A stretch of 64,000 nucleotides of DNA from IMG/VR virus record IMGVR_UViG_3300025011_000019, positions 1 through 64,000 of that record. One strand, 5' to 3'. Origin of the DNA: a virus. Shown piece after piece: positions 20,431 through 30,649 of this stretch (position 1 is the stretch's first letter; every line of letters starts with the position of its first letter). Under the pieces are notes generated by a model. It did no database searches and had not been told where the DNA came from. It worked only from the letters and a program-made list of their open reading frames with translations. A program made the translations under genes and the position numbers.

Positions 20431-20832
20431 TTATTTATTTTTATTAGATTCTTCTTTTAACTTTGCTTTTAATTTATCTTGTTTTTGTTTAAGTTTTAAG
20501 TCTTTTAGTTGTTGATTACTCCCCATTGTCATTATCTTGATTATTTTATGTATTCTATGAATGTCTTCAGTGTTAAAAATCAACACAGCTTCTTCGCATA
20601 CCTCACCACTTATGTAAGTCCATACCTTTATATTTTCTGCTTCAAACTTTGGCATTAAAGTATTTACTGAACTTGCACCAGAGGGTAGATAAAGTGCTAG
20701 AGTTGAATCTGAATATTTATAAACTTGACCGTTGTAGCGACATTTCAAATAGTTGTCATTTTTGTTCTTGCTGATAGATCCGTCTGTGTTCAAAGTATGA
20801 AAAACTGTATATGTCCCAATATAGTCTAAAAT
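20431..20832 (-). CDS. Hypothetical protein (ATT start inferred)
   Basis: AAGGAGGTG SD just upstream of an in-frame ATT; DNYLKCRYNGQVYKY. Confidence 0.6.
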   Translation of the reverse strand: MLDYIGTYTVFHTLNTDGSISKNKNDNYLKCRYNGQVYKYSDSTLALYLPSGASSVNTLMPKFEAENIKVWTYISGEVCEEAVLIFNTEDIHRIHKIIKIMTMGSNQQLKDLKLKQKQDKLKAKLKEESNKNK

Positions 20833-20878
20833 TTCTTTTCACCTCCTTAAATAATATTTATTTTAGTATTTATAAAAT

Positions 20879-21052
20879 TCAATATGTATTATAACTATAC
20901 ATTAACTTCTTATTATCACATTCTTCACAAACTAAATGAACCCAATGTTCTGTGTAACTGTCATCATACCACATATTAAATTTTTCAGTATGTTTTATTG
21001 AAGTATTATTACTGTTACAAGCTTTACACTCAATATGAAAACCTATATCCAT
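20879..21052 (-). CDS. Small zinc-ribbon protein
   Basis: CKAC...CEEC; AAGGAGG SD; sigma-A promoter at 21080-21108. Confidence 0.7.
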   Translation of the reverse strand: MDIGFHIECKACNSNNTSIKHTEKFNMWYDDSYTEHWVHLVCEECDNKKLMYSYNTY

Positions 21053-21188
21053 TAATCTCACCTCCTTTGCTACTTAATTATTATAACATTATTTTTACAA
21101 CATGTCAAATAATTATTTATTACTTTATACACCTATGTATTCTATTGAATTTTCTTTATTACTCCTTTTTTATCACGATACTTTTTAA

Positions 21189-21350
21189 TTATAAAATCAA
21201 GAAACTCTTTTTCATATTAAACATTTGCAAACCTAAATCAAATACTTTCTCCCATACTTTCAATAGAGCAATTAATAAAACTCCACTGGTGACAATTAAG
21301 GATAGTCCAATAGTTACTTTTATTAGGTTATCTATGATTACAATATCCAT
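21189..21350 (-). CDS. Small membrane protein (possibly frameshifted near the 3' end)
   Basis: MDIVIIDNLIKVTIGLSLIVTSGVLLIALLKVW; an alternate frame continues EFLDFIIKKYRDKK after an A-run. Confidence 0.5.
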   Translation of the reverse strand: MDIVIIDNLIKVTIGLSLIVTSGVLLIALLKVWEKVFDLGLQMFNMKKSFLIL

Positions 21351-21381
21351 TATTTATACTTCCTTTCAATATTAATTACAT

Positions 21382-21693
21382 TTAATCTGCTAATTGACAC
21401 AACCCTCCTGCGGAACCATATTGCTGTACCCACAAAAACTTTTTCTTAGTTTCCATGTCTTGATAAATTAAAATAGTATAATTATTATTATCCCTTTGAG
21501 TATAGATGATTTCAAATCTATTATTTGTAAATGTTTGTTTAATTTTTAATTGCTCTTCTTGTTGAATCTTAATCTCCTGTGCTTCTTTAGTTTTCTGTTG
21601 AATTTGTTGTTCTGATATTTGTTGTTGACTGCATCCAATTATTCCAAATAAACTAATAATCACGATGATTAAATTTCTTAACAATTTTTTCAT
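21382..21693 (-). CDS. Putative lipoprotein
   Basis: MKK + hydrophobic stretch + IIGC lipobox; ends AGGLCQL. Confidence 0.7.
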   Translation of the reverse strand: MKKLLRNLIIVIISLFGIIGCSQQQISEQQIQQKTKEAQEIKIQQEEQLKIKQTFTNNRFEIIYTQRDNNNYTILIYQDMETKKKFLWVQQYGSAGGLCQLAD

Positions 21694-22278
21694 TTAATTG
21701 ATTCTCACATCCTCTAAATCTCTTTCAACAATCCTAATCACCTTATAATCAAATATCCCCATAATAAACTGTGCTAATATCTGTAATCCAATTAATATAT
21801 TAATACTTACTTCTAATTTTATTACAACTATTGCTAATGTTGCTCCCATGATCTGTGCTATTGAAACTAAATAACTTTCTTGTGTTTGATAATTAGTTAA
21901 ATCATCTCCTTGCCATATTTTATTTATATTTGACTTCATAATGCACATCCATATAGCTGAAGATGTACCATTGAGTATAGAAATTCCGAAGAATCTTATG
22001 TTTATATTATGTAATCCATAAATTGATACAAATAAGAATCCTAAAACATCTAGAATTACAATCAGTAAGAAGAATTTTTGCAATAATTCTCTATTCTTTT
22101 GTTTCTTTAATATATAATTTATAAGAAAGATTGTGATAATTCCTACCCAATTTACTATAGAATATATGTAAGTGGATACCTGTTGCATAAAATATATGTT
22201 TATTGTAGGTGTTGTTAGAGCGAATAGTAGGCAATTGGTGAATATACCTGTGTATAGATATAGTTTTATGTTTTTGAT
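21694..22278 (-). CDS. Multi-pass membrane protein (half-MFS-like)
   Basis: About 6 hydrophobic helices when extended in frame to ATC at 22278, which follows AAAGGAGG. Confidence 0.55.
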   Translation of the reverse strand: MKNIKLYLYTGIFTNCLLFALTTPTINIYFMQQVSTYIYSIVNWVGIITIFLINYILKKQKNRELLQKFFLLIVILDVLGFLFVSIYGLHNINIRFFGISILNGTSSAIWMCIMKSNINKIWQGDDLTNYQTQESYLVSIAQIMGATLAIVVIKLEVSINILIGLQILAQFIMGIFDYKVIRIVERDLEDVRIN

Positions 22279-22317
22279 ATAGTGATAAACCTCCTTTCTA
22301 TTAGTTTATTTGTATAA

Positions 22318-22767
22318 TTACCTAAAGAATATCTCAAATGGTTTTAGTTTTTCTTTTAGATTCTTTTCCTTGTTTTTTCTTTCTGTGGTTTCTATGATTT
22401 TTATTTCCATTCTTTTTTCATCAACAAATACTTCTAACTTATTTAAATACTCCTCAATATAATCTACCCAAGCACCATAAATGAGCCAATCATAATTAAT
22501 CCCCTCTTTTGTTGTATTCCCGTAAACATGTAATACAGGTATCCCACTGAACCGAAAACACTTATTATTGCGTATTAAACTTAAATCTTCTGTCTGATAA
22601 ACGTAAATGTCTACACCATTATATGGAATATAGTTAAACATTATATTTTTATGTACATAAAGGTCACAGCCCATACCCATTGAATCAACTATATCTACTA
22701 AGCCAACTACATCTAACAAACCTAAATCTTTTGCTTCCCATAAATACCATAATTTCAAGAAAATCAC
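22318..22767 (-). CDS. Hypothetical protein
   Basis: 149-aa ORF; sigma-A promoter at 22877-22905. Confidence 0.6.
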   Translation of the reverse strand: MIFLKLWYLWEAKDLGLLDVVGLVDIVDSMGMGCDLYVHKNIMFNYIPYNGVDIYVYQTEDLSLIRNNKCFRFSGIPVLHVYGNTTKEGINYDWLIYGAWVDYIEEYLNKLEVFVDEKRMEIKIIETTERKNKEKNLKEKLKPFEIFFR

Positions 22768-22940
22768 CTACTTTGTATTTATTATATTTTATTTATTGGA
22801 TATTGAGGAAGGGGGTAGGTATATTTTAGTGTGATTTATTGATGTGTAAACCAGACCGCCCTGCACCTCTATATACAGTATACCACTTTATTAACCACAT
22901 GTCAAATAATTTATTTATATATTTATAAAATGTATACAAC

Positions 22941-24560
22941 CTATCTCTTCTTAATAATCCAACTGATCTTATTTGCTTTCACACAAGTGTGAACATCAAA
23001 TTTAGTTCTTAATACCTTACCATTAGCCCACCATTCATTCTTTAACCAATCTAATTGCTTTTGAGTTGCAGGTTCATATTTCCATTTTGCTTTTCTATCA
23101 AGGAATGTAGAATATTTCCTTGAAGCATATTTTTCTGATTCTTCAATGAGATTAATTAAATTATCATCCTCAGACACATATTCTTTTCTATTAACTTTAT
23201 TTGTGGTATCAACAATGAATAATTCAAATATATTCTCTTTTATATTCTTATAAATTACATAATGTAAATCAGAATTTATAGACAATGCAAACGTATCTCT
23301 ATCACACTTATACCAATCATAATAACTTTCAGAGAAATACTCACTCATATTTGCCTTAAATAGTTTTAATTCTTCTGCAATTAATGCCAATCTCTCTATT
23401 TCTTTTTGTTTTGCTAATTCTTCTCTTTCTAATTTCTCTGCCTTATTCTTTTCTTCACGTTCGATTGCTTCAGTTAAAGTTTCTTGATCTTTAATTTCTA
23501 CACCAAATATATCTGTCATTGTCATTAAGTCATGTTTACGCACAATATCAACTACATCAATGATTAGACAATTGGATTTGCCTTCTGAGGTTCTAAGTCC
23601 TCTTCCAATTATTTGGGTATAGAGGATTTTAGATTTCATGGGGCGACATAGCAAAATACAGTCACATGGAGGATAGTCGAATCCTAAAGTTAGAATTCCA
23701 ACATTTACAATAACTGGAATTTTACCTGACTTAAAATTATTAATAACTAATTCTCTTTGTTTATCTTCAATAGTAGAATCAATATACTCACAAACGATAT
23801 TATTATCCTTAAACTTTTGGCATATATCTCTGGCATGAGCAATACCTGAAGCAAATACTATTGTTGCTTTTCTATCTGAAGCATATTTTATATAAGATTC
23901 TACTACAAGATCATTTCTAGTTTCTGTATTTACAGTATCTTCTAATTGTCTCTGATTAAATTCTCCTGCGATTGTTTTTACATTAGATAAATCTGTATCA
24001 GAATGAACATATATTGCTTTTGGCTCACATAAGTAATTGCTTTTAATCATTTCCAATATAGACTTTTCATAGATTATTCCGTGGAACACTTTCTTCATAT
24101 CCTCATTAAAAGGTGTAGCTGTTAGACCGACTACCTTTATATTCGGATTCAATTTATCTAATATCTTTTTAATTTGTCCTACTGAACTGTGACATTCATC
24201 AAAGAATACTAATTCAAAATCACCATATTCAGACATCTTTTCTAATCTAGTAGATTTAGAATGTGTGAGCGATTGACGGGTAGCTACAACAATTTTATTA
24301 GACACCATATTTAATGATGCTTGTACTGATCCAACATCTAAATCAGGATTTGTATTGTAAAGTTTCTCAACAGTTTGCTCACGAAGTTCCTGTGATTGGA
24401 CTACAATCAAACACCTAGACTTTACTTCATTTGCTATTGCAGATACTATTACCGTCTTTCCGGTGCCAGTAGAAAGTGATAGAATACCATTAAAATTTGG
24501 TTTCAGATTTTTTACTGCTTCTATTGCTTCTAATTGATATGGTCTTAATTCATATGCCAT
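22941..24560 (-). CDS. SF2 DEAD/DEAH-box helicase (ResIII-type)
   Basis: LRPYQ, TGTGKT, DECH, LTATP, GFDYP, QIIGRGLR. Confidence 0.92.
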   Translation of the reverse strand: MAYELRPYQLEAIEAVKNLKPNFNGILSLSTGTGKTVIVSAIANEVKSRCLIVVQSQELREQTVEKLYNTNPDLDVGSVQASLNMVSNKIVVATRQSLTHSKSTRLEKMSEYGDFELVFFDECHSSVGQIKKILDKLNPNIKVVGLTATPFNEDMKKVFHGIIYEKSILEMIKSNYLCEPKAIYVHSDTDLSNVKTIAGEFNQRQLEDTVNTETRNDLVVESYIKYASDRKATIVFASGIAHARDICQKFKDNNIVCEYIDSTIEDKQRELVINNFKSGKIPVIVNVGILTLGFDYPPCDCILLCRPMKSKILYTQIIGRGLRTSEGKSNCLIIDVVDIVRKHDLMTMTDIFGVEIKDQETLTEAIEREEKNKAEKLEREELAKQKEIERLALIAEELKLFKANMSEYFSESYYDWYKCDRDTFALSINSDLHYVIYKNIKENIFELFIVDTTNKVNRKEYVSEDDNLINLIEESEKYASRKYSTFLDRKAKWKYEPATQKQLDWLKNEWWANGKVLRTKFDVHTCVKANKISWIIKKR

Positions 24561-24751
24561 TTATTATTTTCTCCTTCAAAGTCATTTTATTTATTTTATA
24601 ATTCAATTGTGGAAGGTGCAACGCACCGACACCCAAGGGAAATGCTCCCACGCTGGCATTTCGCTTGTATACGTTCCTGCTCTCGTTGGGTTCTCTTTAA
24701 TTGTTGTTAATATGTACGCACTATATCTCATTGTTTTATCTCCTTTATATT

Positions 24752-25333
24752 TTACACTAGATAATTACCTTTTTTTACAGTATGTGTTTTAAACCATTCT
24801 CTAACAAAAGTATTGCTTTTCTTTAAGCCATTAAGAATGCCAGTATCTAACTCACTTTCTAATAATAAATCTTTAGCCTTTACTGACATACCACTTATTT
24901 GAACATCTAACCAATTCTTAAATTTTGTATATGCAATCCCTTTATTAATTCTGGAATCTGCTTTGTTTTCTTGGTATTTAATAGTATTCTTAGTTATATC
25001 ATTTTCTATTTTTATCATTGCAATATATTCATCTTTATTCATCCATTCTATAATTGGTAATTGTATTGTCAAAGCATCTTCAGTTTTAAAATCATCATTA
25101 TACTTTGGTTTATAAATATTTATTAAATATGGTTCATAAACATTTACATCAGCATGACTATTCAATTCACATATTTCTATCCTATCTATTGAATCATAGC
25201 ATTCCTTACCAAGATGTCCATTACAAGAATGTTGATTGAATCTTAATTGTGGATTAATTGAACAAGTTTTACCAATGTATATTATTTCATTGTTTCTGTC
25301 TATAAATTTGTATATACAATATCTCATTTTCAT
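24752..25333 (-). CDS. GIY-YIG nuclease fused to a copy of the neighbouring gene's C-terminal domain
   Basis: YCIYKFIDRNNEIIYIGKT..R..QH...E.YLINIYKPKYN. Confidence 0.8.
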   Translation of the reverse strand: MKMRYCIYKFIDRNNEIIYIGKTCSINPQLRFNQHSCNGHLGKECYDSIDRIEICELNSHADVNVYEPYLINIYKPKYNDDFKTEDALTIQLPIIEWMNKDEYIAMIKIENDITKNTIKYQENKADSRINKGIAYTKFKNWLDVQISGMSVKAKDLLLESELDTGILNGLKKSNTFVREWFKTHTVKKGNYLV

Positions 25334-25409
25334 TGTTATATCTCTCCTTTTAATTTCTATCCCCATAATATCCTATTATAGTTCTATAGGGGAAATGGGG
25401 GATAGATTT

Positions 25410-27563
25410 TTACACTAAATAATTTCCTCTCTTAACTGTATGTTTTTTAAACCAATCTTTAACAAATGCATTACTACTTTTTACTTTGTCTAATTCCTTA
25501 GATTCCAATTCACTCTCTAATAATAACTCCTTTGTTTTAACTTCTCTACCTACTATTTGTACATCCAACCAATCTTTAAATTTTGTATATGCTATTCCTT
25601 TATTCTTCCTACCATCTGCTTTACTCTCTTTAAATTCCACCAACTCATCATCTATAACATTAATTAATTCTCCCTTTCTAGGAAACAATTGCTCTATCAT
25701 TTTTAATATGATACTCTTTATTGCAAATACATGACAAACTATTTTATCATTACAACTATATTTTCTTAATTTTGTTCTATGAATTTCTTGATAAAAATCT
25801 GTTACCATTGTAAAGTATTTATATTTATTTAATGGTTCATATCCAAATTCCCAATTCTTATAATTTGTACCATAATCATCACCATTATATTCTGCTATAC
25901 TCCTATCTTTAACTTCTAACTTTTCACTCATTTCTATAGCTTTTTCAAGATTAGAACATTTATTTATCACTCCATCCCAATTAATATATATAGACAACCA
26001 TTGGATGACATATTCAAAATCAGGCATTGTATGCCATCCTAACATAAACATATTAACACATTCTTGCATATTATTATTGCCCTTTGTACTATTATAATAA
26101 TATACTTCAAAGTCATTAGGAGTAGGAATATAATCTAAGTGCTTTAATTGCCCATATAAATCACTTGCTACTCTTTGATATGTTACTACATAAGTTTTCT
26201 TAGTAAATCCAATTCTCATCTTATTATTAATAAATGATGCACAAGCATTAACTAAATGATTCTTTTCTCTAAATGTTGTCTGAGTTAATTTATGTTTATT
26301 ATATACATTTATTGTAAGATTATCATATGATCTTGTATTTTCTATGTCTAGATACTTTATACTACCTTTATTATACATTCCTAAATACTGAGGATCATAC
26401 AGAGCAGTACCATCAAATATTATTGTTTTGAATGTTTTACAGTATAATTCCTTCAAGTCCCTACTGCCTATTGTACATATAAATTCTATATTCTTTTGAT
26501 AGACATAGAAACCTCCCAATGTTAGTATTGTATGTATATGTTCAAGTTCTCTTTTATTCTCAAATCTCATATATTTATCCCATAAAGTCATAAACTCTAA
26601 ATCATTTTTACAAATCATGTCATTATTAATATTGGATACTATAAATCTTTTGTGTTCACTTCCTCTTAATCTTTGCATTTTAGTATTTATTGTGTCAGAT
26701 ATTTCTTTAAACTTATTTTCCAATGTAGTTTTATCTTCAGTGGTATTATAACTTAATTTACTCAATGTTGTAGATATTTTGTTCAGGAGTTCCTTACTTA
26801 CTTTTACAACATCTAATACATCTGGACGCTCATCAATAAGTAATATCGTTCTAGTACCATTCTCCCAATCCTTATATTTAATAATACTATCTGCACATTC
26901 TCTTAGTCTGGCATTGGTGATTAATAATATAGGGAATTTCTCTTGTTCTTTTTGTTGCTTACTGATTTTACATTTAGAAAAGAAATTACAATTATTAGGA
27001 GTGCAAACTTTAGCATCAGATTGTTTAATCTTTTTGTTAATACATATATCTTTATTCCAACCTTCTAATATGTATGTGTATCCATCTAAATTTATATGCT
27101 TTAGATATTCAACTGTATTTCTTAAACTTTCTAATCTATCAGTTACAATTATTATTCCATCAGTAGATTCCTTATTTATATGAAGAGAAATTATCTTTTG
27201 TAATATTTCAGATGTAATACTGCTCTTACCAAATCCGCAAGGAGCTGGTATTACAGTAATTATATCTTCTATTAATTCACCAAATATTATTTTAGATGTC
27301 TCATTAGCAAAGTTAATTTGTTCAGTAGTTAAACCTCCTCTTGATTCAAATGTATTAATAAAGTTATTTGTTATATCAGTGGCGATTAATTCTAATTCAG
27401 GAGTAATAGTTACTATTTCATTTGCTGTGTAGACTTCTTTGGATAATTTTATTACTTCATTTAATCTATTGTCTCCATCAAGTAAGAGTTTGTTATTTTC
27501 ATGATTTAATATTTTATATTTGTAATTATAATCTAGGTCTTTGATTAAATTAATTTCTCTCAT
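25410..27563 (-). CDS. Divergent SF2 helicase-like (putative replication/origin-binding) protein
   Basis: APCGFGKS Walker A, LLIDERP Walker B, FDGTA motif III, Cys cluster. Confidence 0.7.
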   Translation of the reverse strand: MREINLIKDLDYNYKYKILNHENNKLLLDGDNRLNEVIKLSKEVYTANEIVTITPELELIATDITNNFINTFESRGGLTTEQINFANETSKIIFGELIEDIITVIPAPCGFGKSSITSEILQKIISLHINKESTDGIIIVTDRLESLRNTVEYLKHINLDGYTYILEGWNKDICINKKIKQSDAKVCTPNNCNFFSKCKISKQQKEQEKFPILLITNARLRECADSIIKYKDWENGTRTILLIDERPDVLDVVKVSKELLNKISTTLSKLSYNTTEDKTTLENKFKEISDTINTKMQRLRGSEHKRFIVSNINNDMICKNDLEFMTLWDKYMRFENKRELEHIHTILTLGGFYVYQKNIEFICTIGSRDLKELYCKTFKTIIFDGTALYDPQYLGMYNKGSIKYLDIENTRSYDNLTINVYNKHKLTQTTFREKNHLVNACASFINNKMRIGFTKKTYVVTYQRVASDLYGQLKHLDYIPTPNDFEVYYYNSTKGNNNMQECVNMFMLGWHTMPDFEYVIQWLSIYINWDGVINKCSNLEKAIEMSEKLEVKDRSIAEYNGDDYGTNYKNWEFGYEPLNKYKYFTMVTDFYQEIHRTKLRKYSCNDKIVCHVFAIKSIILKMIEQLFPRKGELINVIDDELVEFKESKADGRKNKGIAYTKFKDWLDVQIVGREVKTKELLLESELESKELDKVKSSNAFVKDWFKKHTVKRGNYLV

Positions 27564-27593
27564 TAAGTATTATTCCTTTCATAATCATTGTAT

Positions 27594-27821
27594 CTACATT
27601 TTTCTATTGCACCAATCTGTGAATGCATTTGTTAACTCATCATTTTTAAGGAATTGTACAAATACATTCTTTTGACTGCTAAGACCTACTCTATAAGGAG
27701 CAATTCCTTTATGGAAGTAGAATTCTGCTTGTATGAGATTGTAGATAAAAATGAATTTATTATTATTTTGTTTAGATGTAGTTGTGTTTGTTTGATTTTC
27801 AATCTTAATGTTCCCAATCAT
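27594..27821 (-). CDS. Small DUF5659-like protein, paralogue of 7866..8045
   Basis: IYN..QA.FY..KG..P..VG pattern; GGAGG SD. Confidence 0.7.
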   Translation of the reverse strand: MIGNIKIENQTNTTTSKQNNNKFIFIYNLIQAEFYFHKGIAPYRVGLSSQKNVFVQFLKNDELTNAFTDWCNRKM

Positions 27822-27960
27822 TTTAAGTCCTCCAATTTATTTGATATTTATAATTTGATTTAATTTGACATTAGAAGGAAACGAAAATATTAATTGTTCT
27901 TCACAAGTTCATCTCAATTAATATTTTATGCTATATAGAATAATAATTTTATTTTTATAC

Positions 27961-28026
27961 TTATGTAAAACCACTAGCAATAATATTAATTTGTATATGC
28001 AATAGAAAATGTAATAGAATTATCAA
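27961..28026 (-). CDS. 21-aa hydrophobic peptide
   Basis: AAGGAGG SD + TTG; MIILLHFLLHIQINIIASGFT; downstream of a TTGACA-17-TACAAT promoter (28073-28101). Confidence 0.45.
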   Translation of the reverse strand: MIILLHFLLHIQINIIASGFT

Positions 28027-28130
28027 TATATTTCCTCCTTCTGAATTTATTTCATATTTATCCCTTACCTATATTGTACCACTTTATATTCTATATGTCA
28101 AGCATTTTTATTTATATATTTATAGAAGAA

Positions 28131-28424
28131 TTAATCCATATTAATCAAATACTCAATATACTTTTTCATCTCAATCTTTACTGCTAGTCTAACTTGATCA
28201 ACTCCATGACCAGATTCTACATGATATATTTCAGTAGATATATTTTGTCTGAATGGTTTAGGTATTTGTGAACTGATTTCTCTCCATTTAGATTTACCTT
28301 TATTGAAGGAATATGTACAGAATATATTGTTTAGGATGTAATCAAAATCTTGAGCAATGGAATAGACATTGGATATGGATTTGAGTTGTGATTTATAGTT
28401 AGAGAATTGGTTAAGATTGTTCAT
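28131..28424 (-). CDS. Hypothetical protein
   Basis: AAGGAGG SD. Confidence 0.7.
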   Translation of the reverse strand: MNNLNQFSNYKSQLKSISNVYSIAQDFDYILNNIFCTYSFNKGKSKWREISSQIPKPFRQNISTEIYHVESGHGVDQVRLAVKIEMKKYIEYLINMD

Positions 28425-28523
28425 TGTGTTTCCTCCTTTGCTTTTTATAGAAGAATTTCAATCTAACAACCTAATGAAAGTTATTAGATTGAAACTATCA
28501 AAACAAAAAAATTAATTATGTAA

Positions 28524-28748
28524 TTAAATTTCTCCATTGATTTCATTTTCTGTACACCAATCTAAAAATTCATCCTCTAATTTAGTTATACTATCCTCTA
28601 CCTCTTCCTCAGACATTCCATTAATAATAGAATCTTCATAAATATCTTCTTTAGTTTTATAACCATTAACTTTTAACCAAACACTAAAATCAGAATACTT
28701 TTCTCTATCAATTGTACGAACCATGACTCCATCAATATATTCTTCCAT
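28524..28748 (-). CDS. Small acidic hypothetical protein
   Basis: AGAGG SD, own promoter-like sequence. Confidence 0.65.
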   Translation of the reverse strand: MEEYIDGVMVRTIDREKYSDFSVWLKVNGYKTKEDIYEDSIINGMSEEEVEDSITKLEDEFLDWCTENEINGEI

Positions 28749-28847
28749 TTTGTGTAGCCTCTTTCTGTTAAGTATTGATTCTTGATTATATTATACACTT
28801 ATTACTTTGTAGATGCAATAAGTGTATAATATTATTTGTTGATTTGA

Positions 28848-30116
28848 TTAGAATAAAGCACATCCAGATAGTTTAAATTCATTTATATATGTATTCCATT
28901 GTTCTTTATCAATTTCTAAATATTCCATAAGATGTTTTTTGCAAAAATAATCATCCATATTTCTACCTAGTAACTTTAAATTCATTGCTATATCGTCATT
29001 TTTGTTTACCTTTTTATCACATATTTTGCATTTATGATTGAAGTATTTTTCTACTATATCAATATTAACTCCCTTATGTTCTGCAAATTCATTAATAACT
29101 TCCAAAGTTGGTTCTGATCTTAATAATCCTCCATTCCAACAGAGATGATATTCTTTTATTGTGCAGTTTAATTTAGTCCATTTTTGATTATCAATAAAGT
29201 CATTGTTTAATATATCATGCCATCTCTTATACATACTAGGATACCAATATTTATCTAGTACCCAAGTTGTTTTAGTATAATTTGGGCAAGCTATAGCACA
29301 GCCAACCCTAGAATAACCTTTTTTATATTTAGGATTAATATCAATTTGTTTCCATAATGTGTATAACCATATTTGTTCTTCGTTCCATTTGCGAATAGGA
29401 AGTACACCTTCCCATTGACGATTACCCCATTTTTCATTTTTCCATTCATCCGTATATCCAGAACGACTCGTTGATTCTTCATTTCTCATTCCTAAGAAGA
29501 ATAAATACTTTATATCTTTGTCTAGATAATCCATAGTGGATTTTTCTTTCAACAATGTACAACATGCACGACTTAATCTTGTGGGGATAAATTGAATTCT
29601 TTTACTCCATTGATAAAATCCTTCCTTTGGATTGATTATTTCTACATTATTCATTGTCTTAACAAATTTATATGTATCAGCAGAGTCCAATGATGTATTA
29701 TTAAATATTTTTCTAGAATTTATGACTTTATCAACCAGATAAGAAGTTGCTTGGCTATCCTTACCTGTAGATGTTAGTGTAATTGGACTATACCACTCAT
29801 ACTTTTCAATGCTATTTTTAATTAACTCGATACTCTCATTCTCTAATTCTACTAATTTGTCCTTATTTCTCTCCATTGTTTCCTCCCAAGATTCAATCTC
29901 ATAAGTTTCCTTCTTATAATCAGTAGCAGTAATATTTAATTCATCATCAATATGAATTCTTAAAACTTTGTGAATTTTTCCTTCAACATCATAACATTTA
30001 ATAATTGATCTATCTAACCAATAATATCCCTCAACTAAATTATATTTATTAATATCTACGCCTTTATCTTTTAAGAATCCCAAATACTCATTAAATACTA
30101 AATTCAATACATACAC
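28848..30116 (-). CDS. PAPS reductase family protein with C-terminal Cys cluster
   Basis: STGKDS PP-loop, RACCTLLK, GMRNEES..R, GYSRVGC; start probably TTG at 30107. Confidence 0.88.
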   Translation of the reverse strand: MYVLNLVFNEYLGFLKDKGVDINKYNLVEGYYWLDRSIIKCYDVEGKIHKVLRIHIDDELNITATDYKKETYEIESWEETMERNKDKLVELENESIELIKNSIEKYEWYSPITLTSTGKDSQATSYLVDKVINSRKIFNNTSLDSADTYKFVKTMNNVEIINPKEGFYQWSKRIQFIPTRLSRACCTLLKEKSTMDYLDKDIKYLFFLGMRNEESTSRSGYTDEWKNEKWGNRQWEGVLPIRKWNEEQIWLYTLWKQIDINPKYKKGYSRVGCAIACPNYTKTTWVLDKYWYPSMYKRWHDILNNDFIDNQKWTKLNCTIKEYHLCWNGGLLRSEPTLEVINEFAEHKGVNIDIVEKYFNHKCKICDKKVNKNDDIAMNLKLLGRNMDDYFCKKHLMEYLEIDKEQWNTYINEFKLSGCALF

Positions 30117-30310
30117 CTTATTTATTTACATTAAGCAAATAAATAAGGAAAACATAACTAATTACCCAAACTGTGGCTTTTACATGTAAAGCATACGCAA
30201 TACACCACAATGCAAATGGTATATGTTTTTATGTTTCTCACACATTTTTATACGGCATCCTTACGCATCGGATTTGTAAGATTATTGATTGCTCTATTCT
30301 CAATGCCGAT

Positions 30311-30568
30311 TTAACAACCAGTTATATCTGGATCGTATGTATTGAAATGGATGGAAGTTTGTTCAATTTCTAATAATTTAAATATCCAATAATATTTATC
30401 ATTGCGATAGTCTATATTAGTTATTTTATTAGGGTTGTGTCTGTTATTTCTTATTTCTTGTGTAAATGCATCTGTGATGGTTATTCCTTGATTGAGATTA
30501 TGAATGACATTTTTACAATTGTTGTCATTAAATTTTGCTGTGTGGTTTTTTACTATTATAATTCTCAT
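30311..30568 (-). CDS. Hypothetical protein
   Basis: AAAGGAG SD, promoter at 30611-30640; start uncertain. Confidence 0.5.
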   Translation of the reverse strand: MRIIIVKNHTAKFNDNNCKNVIHNLNQGITITDAFTQEIRNNRHNPNKITNIDYRNDKYYWIFKLLEIEQTSIHFNTYDPDITGC

Positions 30569-30649
30569 CTCCTTTCTAGGTAAATAATTTACAGATTTGT
30601 ACCTGTGAATATTGTAACACAGATTAATAAGTTTTGTCAAGGAAATTTA

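Noticed and set aside
6595-30373. Plus-strand ORFs in the left arm (e.g. 6595, 7783, 10581, 13645, 16266, 17002, 19117, 20998, 24607, 25236, 25486, 26779, 27654, 30173)
   Set aside because: Antisense shadows of real minus-strand genes, without SD sequences
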